NCBI GenBank assembly: GCA_002245135.1
Contig: NGBS01000876.1
Span: 248,001-280,187 of the forward strand
Direction: 5' to 3'
Source of the DNA: Proteromonas lacertae
Taxonomy: Eukaryota
Length of the DNA: 32,187 nucleotides
Below the pieces are notes generated by a model. The model ran no database searches. It was given only the letters and a program-made list of their open reading frames with translations, and was not told where the DNA came from. How positions within the stretch are numbered: the stretch's first letter is position 1; every line of letters begins with the position of its first letter. Shown here in pieces: positions 12,012 to 23,402 of this stretch. Both the position numbers and the translations under genes were made by a program.

Positions 12012-12938
12012 TTAAAGACGACCTCCAGCTCCTGGTAATTCTGGTACAACTTCTGATCTTTCAACTTTAGCAGCATCTGAGGAAGTGGCTGTATGTTGTT
12101 CCATAAGTTTAGCAAGATCAATCTTTGGTCTTTTTAATACTTTAACTTTTCTGATAAATACGTTTTGGATTGGGAAGAATTTTTGACATTCCTTTTCAAT
12201 TTGTGTGGAGATTTTTCCTGGGATTAATTTATCTACTAATTCTTTTAAATCACATTTTACTGATTCTTTGGTCATGATTTCCATCATCTTTCCTCTAATA
12301 GCGTGGATTCTAGTATTTTGAGCATAACAGATTCTCTTTGTTTGGTTTGGTTGTTTTTTAGTGAATCCAATACAGAACATACGTAATCTGTAACCATCAG
12401 TTGTAGAGACATCAACGAAGGCTTCAATTGTTGTTTGCCATTTCTTTATTAATGAGCATAATTTATCTCTTGTCATATCCATTCCGTGGAATAATGTTAA
12501 ACAATCAGTTCCTTGTACATCTTCTACACGTAATCTTAATTTTCTGTATGAGCTTTGTTCATCAGCATTTAAGTCAGCTAAGTTTGCTTCGAATACACGG
12601 CCTTTTAATTCATCAGATGAAACGTGTAAACCTTGAGTTCTGTTTACTAAAGTTTTACAGACTTTTCTGTTTGTGAAAACACTTGGAGCCATGACTTCAA
12701 ACCAGTCTTTTCTTGTCATTGGGTCAATGGCTTTCTTATGCATAGCCTTACCCTTTTTTGAACCTTTACCTATTTAGATATATATAAATTTAATGTTCTT
12801 TTGTATAAAATAATAATAAAACATAGATTATCTACTTTTGAAAGTAGTAAGTAATATAAAATGTTATATAATATTACGATGATATTATAAATTGATAGGT
12901 AGATTTTATAAGTTATATATATAAATACCAATTGCCAT
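12012..12938 (-). CDS. RPS3A: 40S ribosomal protein eS1 (S3a); 159-nt intron 12770-12928
   Basis: Spliced start MAIGK. Motifs [46 protein letters not shown] and [11 protein letters not shown]. Confidence 0.97.
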
Positions 12939-13103
12939 AATTAGTGATATTAATCAACACTTGAAATGAAGATGATAAAAAAATATTTGGGGTGAACGAA
13001 AATAAGTATATAATCCCTATTTAAAAAATATAATTAAAAATTGCGGTTTATTAATGCGTTCAATTCTATTTTGACTTTTTTGTTTTTCTAAAGTTAAAAT
13101 AGG

Positions 13104-14061
13104 ATGCAACATGATGATATTATTTGGAGGCTATTGAAAGATAGCTTTTGTTCATTTAGAGCGAAAATAAAGAAAGAAAAGCAAGCATTCTGTCGTAATC
13201 CCTACAGTTGTACTGGATTATGTAATAAAAGAACTTGTCCATTAGCTAATAGTAAATATGCCACATTAAGAGAAGAAGATGGTAATATTTTCCTGTATTT
13301 ATCATTATCAATAAACTATTCGTAGTTATATGAAAACAGTAGAACGAGCACATACACCGAGGGATTTATGGGAGAAAATTAAACTTCCTCGTAATTATAC
13401 AGAAGCATTGAAGATTATTGATGGAAAACTCCAATATAGTCCATTATTAAATCATAAGAATAAGCAGAGATTAACTAGAATACATCAGTGTTTAATTCGT
13501 ATGAGAAGATTAAAGCGATCAATAAGACCTCAAAGAGAAGTTATTAGGAAGAAGATAGAAAGAAGAGATGCACATCGTGAAATAAAAGCACTTGTATATA
13601 CTATAATTGATTTATTTATCAATATATAGAGAGCAGCGCATATAGAAAACTCCATTGAAGCAGAATTATTAGAAAGACTTAAGAAAGGAACATATGGTGA
13701 TATTTATAACTTCCCTGAGCAAGAATTCAATGATATTATAGATGTAAATGAAGAAGAAACTGAACAGGAGAAAGCTGAAGAAGCAGCAACTGAATTTGTG
13801 GAAGATTTTGAACCTTCTGACGATGAGATTGAAGATTATGCCAATTTTGAAGGTGCTACTTTTGGTGAAAGTGGTTTGGAAGAAGAAGATGGTGATGAAG
13901 GTGAAGATAATGAAGAAGATGATGATCAGAGTGGAAAGAAACAAAAACCTAAGAAAGAAAAACCAAAGAAAAAACCAAAGAAAGGAAAGGGTGGTAAAAA
14001 GAAACACATGGAAATTGAGTATGAAGATGAAACTGAAGATCAAGTAAATTACAATAAGTAA
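13104..14061 (+). CDS. MAK16: Ribosome biogenesis protein MAK16; introns 13295-13325 and 13594-13629
   Basis: MQHDDIIW...[55 protein letters not shown] and an acidic tail ending in EIEYE. Confidence 0.95.
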
Positions 14062-14206
14062 AATGAGTTGCATAGCATAGTTAACACAAATGTTTTCCAT
14101 TTATTTATTCAGTATGTTTTATTTTTGTTTTTTTATTTTCTGTGGGAATGAAAATATTTTCCGTAAAATAACCCAAATTTATATTGTTTTTGTTTTTTGA
14201 AGATTT

Positions 14207-15389
14207 ATGAATAAAAGAGCTATTTTTTTGATTAATTTCTATCTTTTTCAATTTGTTCTAGCAGCTAAGAATGAAGATTATCAGATTCTTATTTCACATA
14301 GTATATTTTTATAATTTATACTAGTTAATGAATTATACGAAAAGTATGTGTATCCACTAAGTATTTGTGTCAGTTTATTTGGATTAATGCAGTTATTTGG
14401 AGGAATTAGACTATTTAAAGTAACCACTTTCTTTATTGGTTTTGTTGTATTTGGAATATGTTCTGTATTTGCTACAGAGTCTATTATGATTAATTTCTCG
14501 CCGTATAATATAATAGTGGTATAATAATTCAAATTTAGATCTGATACTATTACTATAGTCTCATCAATCATATTGTTTATAGTAGGACTAATATCTGGAA
14601 TACTATTAACTCAATTAGAACCACTTGGTCACTTCGTTTTGGCTTTATTAGGAGGATCTTTAATGGGATGTTATATAGCCACATTCATTATATTTGTAGC
14701 TAAATTACACTCTCATCTCCAAATGATTATATTAATCTGTACACTTTCAGGAGGATTATTTATTGCTGTTTTGCAATGTTGTGTAGAAATTTCTAGAATT
14801 TTCAGTTTTGCATTTTTAGGTTCTTATTTAACCACATTTGGAATTGGTAATCTTGTCGGAGATTTTCCAAACCCCATTAACTTCGTTGCAATAAGTGAAG
14901 AATATATTGATGGTTATCCAAAAGCTGTATAAATGTTATTTTTTATTTGATAATATATAGTGGTGGATATATTTAATTATTATTGTTGCACTTGGTGTAA
15001 TTGGAGCGTTTATTCAAATATTCCTTCGTCCTCCTAAAGAGAATATTCCATCAATGAATGTACCAGATGTTCTTGTGGATGATAAAATCAATAAGAAATT
15101 AAGAAAACAACTTGAGCAAGAAAAAGCCAGAAAGAAGTTAAAACCTTTACCCGGATCTAGTATTAACAGTATAAGTGATAGACCTGAGAAAAGACATACT
15201 CTATCGTTAAGACAACAAAGAGAATTAGATATGAATAGTGATGTGAAATATTCAGCTGGTTATGTTCCAATTAATCCTTTTAAAGGGAATAATGATGCTG
15301 ATATCGATGATGATAATGATGTTGATAGTAATGATGTAGATTTGGATGTGAATATAAACGTACCTAAAAGAAAGAAATCATATTTTTAA
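14207..15389 (+). CDS. DUF4203/TMEM198-like multipass membrane protein with basic cytoplasmic tail, multi-exon
   Basis: Signal-like N-terminus, FGGIRLFKVTTFFIGF motif, several Gly-rich transmembrane segments (ALLGGSLMG, AFLGSYLTTFGIG), short introns. Confidence 0.65.
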
Positions 15390-15488
15390 GTAATTTAATA
15401 TATTATTATTGTTTTTTGTTTTTTTCGTTTTCTTTTAATCAGCCAATACAGAACATATTCAAAAAAATATGAATATAAAAAATATCAT

Positions 15489-15955
15489 TTATACTAACAC
15501 AAATAGAATGAATGATATAAAAATGAGAGAAGCTAAGTATACACCAGTATTATCAGGTGCTGTTGTTGGAGCTTCTGTTTCGCTACCTGTAGTATCATCC
15601 TCTGTTGTTGTTGGATCTTCAGTTCCTGGGGTTGTTGTTGGATTTTCTGTTGGGGCTGAAGTTGTTGTTGTTGTTGGATCTGCAGTTGTTGGTTCTAATG
15701 TGGTAGTTGTTGTTGTAGGAACTGCTGTTGTTGGATTTGGTGTTTGAGGATTAGTTGTCACAGCTGGAGTTCCTGTTGGTGTTTTTGTTGTTGGCACGGG
15801 TGAAGCATCATCAACTGCGGTTGTCGTTGTTGTTGTTTGAGCAAATGCTAGATTTAATTATAAGAGTTTTATATACCTAAAGCGAAGAGAAGAGCTATTA
15901 CACAAAGAGTTTTGAAAAACTATTAATAAAATTACATAAAAATCAATACTTTCAT
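15489..15955 (-). CDS. Small Thr/Pro-rich mucin-like surface protein (signal peptide plus hydrophobic C-terminal GPI/TM signal), two introns
   Basis: Spliced MKFFKTLCVIALLFALAFAQTTTT..., repeated PTT units, and C-terminal GVYLASLIFISFILFVLV. Confidence 0.8.
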
Positions 15956-16099
15956 TGTTATTGAAGAAATGAAGTTTTTATCAAATTTCACAAAATAATG
16001 AACTGAATTTCTATTAAGTTCTTTTATTCGAAACTGACTCTTTTTAATTTTGGACTGAAAACAAACAAAACATTTCATATAAAGATAGAATTAAATAAT

Positions 16100-19000
16100 T
16101 TATTGATACGCTGGCTCATTAATACCTAAATACTTTTCAATCGCCTCGTTTGTCATTTGTTCATATGCATTTGTATCAGTTCCATACTTTCTTGGCATTA
16201 TTGTTGTATAAATGGATTTTCTACTATCGCCTTGAGGAATTTCATTCATCCACTTCTTATAAGGATCTTTTGAACCATCATTAGGTAAATATCTCTTTTC
16301 TATTGGGTAATAATTATAATTAAGAAATCCATTTAATAATATATCATTAATTCTCACCAAAATTGAAACACCTTTACATTTTTTGATATGTTTTTTCATA
16401 ACTTCATCAAATGATAAATCATTAAATTCTTTAACAAAATCCTATTATGCAATATTATATAAAATGAAATATATACATTATCCAATGGTTCTTTAAAAAC
16501 AGCAGTTAAAAACTTACCATATAGAATTGACTTATTTTTATCATGAAATACAGGCAAAGCAGCCCAGCCAATTTCGACCACTTTGCCATAATCAGAAACA
16601 GTAAATAACTGGAAAATAATAGTAGCATTTTGATTATAAGTAATTTCATGATTCTATATTAAAAAAAAATAATTATAAAAAATACATCAACACTGTTTGG
16701 ATCAAAACTAATTGATCCTATTTTGCTGTTCCAATCTGACTTTTTAGTGTATTTTAAATAATTCTTATAAGTTTTTGATTCAAAATATTCGGCATGATAA
16801 GGTATAATAATATGAACAACTTTTAATGCATATTTCTTATCATAACCAAATATTGATTCAATACAAATTTGACATGTATATTTATCTAAATTACCTAGAA
16901 TAAGTGAAGGATTAATTAATTCTTTTGGTTTATTATTTAATAGATTTGTTATATGATTCATTATTCCATCTTTATTATAACTCAATTTCGTCAATATCTC
17001 TTCATCAATCATTTTATCGTAATACTCTGATAATTTCAAATTTGGCCTATTCTTTCTAGTGAAATAAACTACATTTTCTAAACCAAATTCATCACATAAA
17101 CTTGTATCATAACAACTCTTACTATAATCCATTCTTTCTTCAATTGAAAATCCATGTTTTTCATACTCTTCAAAATAATAACATCGAGTATTATCTTTCT
17201 TTTTATTGGCTGGTCTAACTCTTAATGTAATTGTACTACAAGGATATACGCCTGAAGACAGTATTGGATCTAAGTTTTCTCTAATTGGATCTTTTCTAAA
17301 TGCATAATCAATTGGATGGATTCTTATTTGAAAATTTCCAGTTCTAAGGATAAAGTCCTTATCTTCAGCGTTTGGTTGACTAGCATCACTATCAGATTTA
17401 ACAAATAATGGGAAAAATGAATAGCCAATTGTCTTTATTTCTTTTGTATGTTCTTCTATTGTATCAACTCTTATGATTAATGTTGCTGTACCATCTAATA
17501 CGCTTGGCCTAAATGCTAATTTCATATCAACATATGGATCATATCTTAGTTCATCTAATTCACATATCTTATTCTCTGATTTCATTACTACTTCATAATT
17601 CTCTAAAGCAATTAATGCGACTACTTTAGTTACAGTTACACAGTCAGGTAAGGATCTTAATCCATCAATATATATATCAGCACCATCTGTTTCTTGGAAT
17701 GGTTCATGATAATCAAAACACTTGTGATATGGAATGAATGGTTCTTTCATTTGATCTGTTAATTGTTGTTGAATCTATTAATAAATAATAAATGTAATAA
17801 TTATATATATAACATACAGTCAATTGATTTTTACTAACAGTAAATTCAATAATTGGATTATCTTTTGACAGTTCTCTTGGAGTTGAAGCAACCCAATCAG
17901 GTGGATCATATAATGGCAATGTAATTGTTGCATCTAATGTATCTAATTTATTCTTATTATTCACTTGAAATATAGGAACAGCTGCCCAATATAGTATGTT
18001 ATAATCACCATCTAATACTCGAATTAACATTGTATTATATTCATTACTAACAAATAATACACCCTATTTCGATTATATATATAAATATACTTCAACACCT
18101 TGATTCCATATATATCTTCCATTTTTATTATGAGTTTTTTCACAGATAAATATATCACTTGGAGTATCATAATTATCATGTTTTACTATTCTAATTTCAC
18201 AGATTGGTGTATCTAATTCATTATTACAGGTCATATAATTAATAAGTATATTTGCTTTATATTCCATTCTTTCTATAGGTTTTGGAGCTTCATTTTTTAC
18301 TGGTTGAAATGTTGGTTGTGGTAGAGGTTGTTGTTGTTGTTGATTATTATTATTATTGTCATTATTATTCTTATTATTCTTCTTTTTCCATTTATCAGGT
18401 GATAAGAATGGATTATTATGAGGAAATATCAAATCATCAAATGATTTCAATGGAGCAGGAGCAGGAACATCAGGTGGATTTGTAACAACAGATGGCTATA
18501 TATAAATAAAAAATAAACATTATACAAGACTTGGTTGAAATGGAGGTTGTTGTTGTTGTTGTTGATTTAGTTGTTGTCTTGGAGATATAAATGGTTGTGG
18601 CATTGGTTGTAATGGATATTGTTGTTGCTGTTGTTGTGGATAGATTGGATATGGTGGTTGAGGTGGTGGAGTTGGAGGTAATGAAGGTAGTGGATGGTAA
18701 GGAATTACTAAATCATCACCAAATGGATTATTATTACCTTGAACTCTTAATGGTTTTTCTTGAATTTGTTCTTTCACAAATGATTTTAAATCATTTATTT
18801 TTTCATTCATTTCATTACGCTGTTGTTCTACTAATCTTTTTTGTTCAAGGAGTAAATTTAATTGATTCTGTTGTCTTTCATTTTCTATTTCTCTAGTAAG
18901 TTGTTGGTTGATTAATTTAGTTGTTTGTAATTCTTGTTGTTGAGTTAACATATCTTTTAATTGAGAAAATAATTCTTTATCCAAATTGTTTGGATTTGAA

Positions 19001-19753
19001 TAAGATGGTTGTTGTTGTGGTGGTGGTGGAATTATTGGTGGAGGATATTGATAAGGTAAATATGGATTATTATTATTAATATAAGGCATTACTGCTGCTG
19101 GTGGTGGTTGAATATAATTACCATTTCCACCACCTGAATAATATGGATTTGAATATGATTGTCTTGGTGGATAGACTGGATATGAATAAGGATTGGAATA
19201 ACGTGATGGAGGTATTTGTGATGGTGGTGGATGTGGATGTGGCTGTGATGGTTGGATTAATGGCTGATTTGGATTGTTATAAGGTTGATGCGCAACTAAT
19301 TTTAAATCATTTTCATTCTTTTCAGGAAAATATGAATGTTTGTGATGTTCTGAATGAGTATCAATTGGACTTTTCGAATGGTGATGATGGTGATGATGAT
19401 GGTGGTGGTGTGAATGTTCTCTATTCTTCTTTCTCTTTACTTGCTCTTCTAAGATTGGTGACGCTATATATATTAATAATGATGCTTATAATTAGAATAT
19501 ACAAGGTGGCAACTGTGATTTAGAAGGCGAGATATTACTGTCTTTTTTTAAAATCTGCGTTCCAGCTAAAAAAAATATACATCAAAGTCATACCTGTCAG
19601 AATTCTACTATTATAAGGATGAGATGATGATATTCGATTATTTTGTGAAAATCTATTTGTTTGAGAAGAAGGAACCTGATGATTATGAAGTATATTTATA
19701 ACATCTTCTTTCGCTGGAACATCTCTTACAACAGGATGACCATTCTCATACAT
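16100..19753 (-). CDS. Large multi-exon protein: Pro/Gln-rich N-terminus, coiled coil and C2-like modules (possibly CCDC17-like); may be more than one gene
   Basis: A chain of minus-strand ORFs is separated by short GTAT...AG introns. C2-like strand motifs recur (LYWAAVPIF, IGYSFFPLF, IGWAALPVF), along with DIYIDGLRSLPDCVTVTKV. Confidence 0.55.
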
Positions 19754-19843
19754 TTCGAAAAAGAAATAAAAACAGAAATGAAACGATTATATTTCAGAAA
19801 TTATTCCAAAATTAATATTTTGCTAAAATGCAAGTAAATAATT

Positions 19844-21303
19844 ATGAAATTGGTCAGAATGAATATAAATGGAATTAATATGATTTATAGATTAAGTAGA
19901 ATCCTAGTGAATAATGGTTATGGTGATTTGAAAGTAAAAATTGGAAGAGAAGAAATAACCAGTGTAAAAAGTATCTTAATGAATGGAAATGATAAAATAT
20001 GGCAATTATTGTTAGATGAAAAAAGTAATGGAGTATTAGAACTCTATGAAAAATGTGAAATAAACACATTTTTAGAGATAGAAAAATACTACAGTGGAGG
20101 CTGTATGGAATTAACTGAGAATAATGTTTGTGATGTATTGAGATTTAGTGTGTATTATAATGATACTCAAATAATGAAAATCTGTAAAAGATATTTGAAG
20201 AAACATTTAAATGATTTAGTTGTATTGAAAATATTAGATATATTAAATGGTTTAAATATAAATGGTTTAAATGAATTGAAAGATGCTTGTGAAGAATATC
20301 TTAAAATTAATGCATTTATTTATTTAAATGATGATGAATTGTTATTAAAACTAGATTTATTCTCATTGAAATTTATATTGAATAATAAAAAGTTGATAAT
20401 CAAAAATGAGACATGGTTATTAAATCGATTATTGAAATGGTATAGAAATGTATTAAAAGAAAAAGAAAACAATGAAGAAGAAATGAATGAATTAATTTCA
20501 ATTATACAATCAAAAATTCATGTGAATGAAATTAAGAAAGATGAAATAGAAAAAGAGAATATAAATGAATTAAAAGAGTTAAAAATTAAGATAAATGATT
20601 ATGCTAATGATCATATATGCATAGAAATGAAAAAAAATGATAATAGTGAATTATTGAAAATGATTCACAAATATTATATAAATGAAGAAGAAGAAATAAT
20701 ATTGAGCGAAAAAGAAATAGAAATATTGAATAAAAAAGAGATAAATGAAGAAATAAGTGGGTTGATGAAAAATAAAGATGTCAAAATTATTGAAATAGCA
20801 CTATATCTAATAGTGGAAATGAAAATTATAGTAATAATTCCATATGAAATAAAGAAGCAAGCATTGGGTAGATTATTAGCTGAATATAATCAGCATCAAA
20901 GAAATCGAACATTAAAATGTTTATGTTTGTTTATGGAAGATAAAAATTCAATAACAACAATTGATTATGTTTGTGGAAAAGATATATTATATAAAATACT
21001 GAACAATGAATATTATCCAAATATTCATTGCAAAGACTTATTAATAAAGTATATAAAAGAGATGAATTTGGATAAGAATGAAGAAGAAAGAATAACAGAA
21101 ATGATAAATGATGATGAAGTGTTAAAAAAGATAAAAACAAAAGAAATATCATCATTTTCTAATATTCATTTGCTATTTATGAAGAAATGTCAATAATTCC
21201 TTTATTTGATGGAGAAAAATGTGAAATTTCAATAACTCCATCCTTACCTGATGGATTAATGATAAACAAAGAAAGTGGAATGATTTATAAAAAAACATTA
21301 TAA
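19844..21303 (+). CDS. Intronless BTB/BACK-like protein; a putative Ig-like (He_PIG-type) segment follows a frameshift at ~21161
   Basis: GDLKVKIG...YYSGGCMELTENNVCDVLRFSVYY...CEEYL...LIIKNETWLLNRLLKW is a BTB/BACK pattern. The shifted frame 21163-21303 reads YSFAIYEEMSIIP...SITPSLPDGLMINKESGMIY. Confidence 0.65.
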
Positions 21304-21334
21304 CATTCAAATAGAGTATATATAACCATTAAAA

Positions 21335-23050
21335 TTATAAATGAACTTCAACATTTACTTTTCTTTTTGATTTACATTCTATTGCTTCAACATTCAATAT
21401 TCCACTTTCACTCATTTTAAATATCACTTCAACTCCTACTATACCAGCTGGCTTGGGAGGTAACTCTGTAAATAAACAAGATTGTAAATATTTATTATCT
21501 CGAACAAATTCATTTTCTCCTTCATATATCTTTAATTCTAAGGTTTCTTGATTGTTCTCGGTTGTTTCAAATATTTCTGTCGCTTCACATGGTAATTTAC
21601 TTCCTTTTTCTATAAATTTCCACATTTTACCACTTATATCAAAATCATCAGTATATTCCATTCCCAATGATTTGGATACTATATCATTTACTGTTATTGA
21701 TCGATCTACTTTTAGATCATTACTCTTACTTTCATTTATAGATGTAGAAGAAGTGGAAGGTGTAGAAGGAGATGATGAGGATGATGAAAATGTATTAAAT
21801 AACAAAGAAAATATATTTCTCTTTTTTTCAACTTTCACATTTTCTTTATTTTCTTCTTCTTCATTCTTCTTTCTCTCTTCCTCTTCTTTTTTAATTTTAT
21901 TTTTCATTCGTTCTTCAGCTATTATTATCGCTCCTTGACTTACAGCTTCATCAGGATTTATATCTCTGCATATTTGAGTTTTGGGAAATTCTTTCTCTAA
22001 TAATTCGATTACATACGGTATTCTACTACTTCCACCGATTAATACTAATTCACTTATATCATCTTTTTTTAATCCATTTTTGGATAATAATTCTAATAAG
22101 ATTTCTATTGTTTTATCAAACAATGGCTTGTTAATTTCATTAAATAATGTTCGAGTTACATGAATATCAATATCATTATCTTCTAATAAACTACTGTTCA
22201 AATCAGTATCTAATGATTCACTTAATACACATTTACTCTCTTCACAACTTTTTCTAATTCTAGCTTTTTGTTTTATATCTAAGTCTTTCCCAGTTTTATT
22301 CTTATATTTTTCATTGAAATATTCAAATAATTCATTCGTAAAATCTTCTCCACCTAAATGGTTTTCTCCATCACTACATAATACTCTTATATTCGTTGGA
22401 CTTACTTCGATTATACTTACATCAAATGTTCCACCACCTAAATCATAAACCAATATTCGATGATTATTTGTTACTTTCTCTGATGTAAATCCATATGCTA
22501 TTGCAGCTGCTGTTGGTTCATTGATTAAATCCAATACTTTCAGTCCCGCTAATTCTCCTGCTTCCTTTGTTCTGTTTCTTTGAGTAACATCAAAATTGGC
22601 TGGAACTGTTATTATTGCATATTTATCTAAGCCTTTATCTTCATCTACTAGTTGATTTTCTAAATTATTTATTAGATGTCTTAATATTTCGGATGACACT
22701 TGCTGTGGTGTAATTCTTTCTTTTCTGTTTGGTATTACGAATTCTATATCATTATTCTCATTTTTATCTATTTCGTATGGCATAGATAAATCATCTTTAA
22801 TTTTTTCATCTGAATACTTCAATCCTATAAACCTTTTTGCATCGTACACTACATTCTTATAATCCTTAATCATAGCATTCCTTGCTGATTCTCCTACATC
22901 AACTGCACCATTTTCACGATAATAAACACATGATGGAATTGTTCTGTTCCCTGTTACACTATTTACAATACAAGTATGGTTATCTCTCATAACTCCTAGA
23001 CAAGAAGTAGATGTCCCTAAATCTATTCCACAAACGATATATCTGTCCAT
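21335..23050 (-). CDS. Divergent Hsp70-family protein, intronless, lacking the helical lid and EEVD
   Basis: Motifs GIDLGTS, ITVPANF, INEPTAAAIAYG, VYDLGGGTFDVS, LIGGSSRIP and NPDEAV are present. The protein ends just after the beta-sandwich substrate-binding subdomain. Confidence 0.9.
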   Translation of the reverse strand: MDRYIVCGIDLGTSTSCLGVMRDNHTCIVNSVTGNRTIPSCVYYRENGAVDVGESARNAMIKDYKNVVYDAKRFIGLKYSDEKIKDDLSMPYEIDKNENNDIEFVIPNRKERITPQQVSSEILRHLINNLENQLVDEDKGLDKYAIITVPANFDVTQRNRTKEAGELAGLKVLDLINEPTAAAIAYGFTSEKVTNNHRILVYDLGGGTFDVSIIEVSPTNIRVLCSDGENHLGGEDFTNELFEYFNEKYKNKTGKDLDIKQKARIRKSCEESKCVLSESLDTDLNSSLLEDNDIDIHVTRTLFNEINKPLFDKTIEILLELLSKNGLKKDDISELVLIGGSSRIPYVIELLEKEFPKTQICRDINPDEAVSQGAIIIAEERMKNKIKKEEEERKKNEEEENKENVKVEKKRNIFSLLFNTFSSSSSSPSTPSTSSTSINESKSNDLKVDRSITVNDIVSKSLGMEYTDDFDISGKMWKFIEKGSKLPCEATEIFETTENNQETLELKIYEGENEFVRDNKYLQSCLFTELPPKPAGIVGVEVIFKMSESGILNVEAIECKSKRKVNVEVHL

Positions 23051-23402
23051 TTTTTCTAATAAAAGTAGAAAAACAATAAAAAACAAAAAACAAAAAGTGA
23101 CTGTAATGTTTTACACAATATTACGTTCATGTATTTTATACTTAATATAAATAATCTTTCAATGAAAACATTCTTATGATAATTTTATTGTTTATTTCAA
23201 CATAACAGAGAAATAATTTATCACGAATGACAAACAGTCAAATAATTTTAAACAATTATGAAAGATAAATCATCAATTGTACTTTTTTTGTTGATAGTAA
23301 CTCTATGAGTAGATAATTGAAATAATAAATTCTATAAAAGTAATTTGACAAAATTACAGAAAACTACGTAATTTTATTTTTATTGTGTAATTATCATTTT
23401 CA

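Noticed and set aside
13669..14100. Overlapping ORFs 13669-14100 (-) and 13748-14047 (+)
   Set aside because: They are alternate-frame shadows of the acidic/basic MAK16 tail.
15469..19523. Val-rich plus-strand ORFs (15469-15747, 18282-18485, 18591-18896, 19101-19523) and similar antisense ORFs elsewhere
   Set aside because: They are antisense shadows of CAA/ACA/CCA-rich low-complexity coding sequence.
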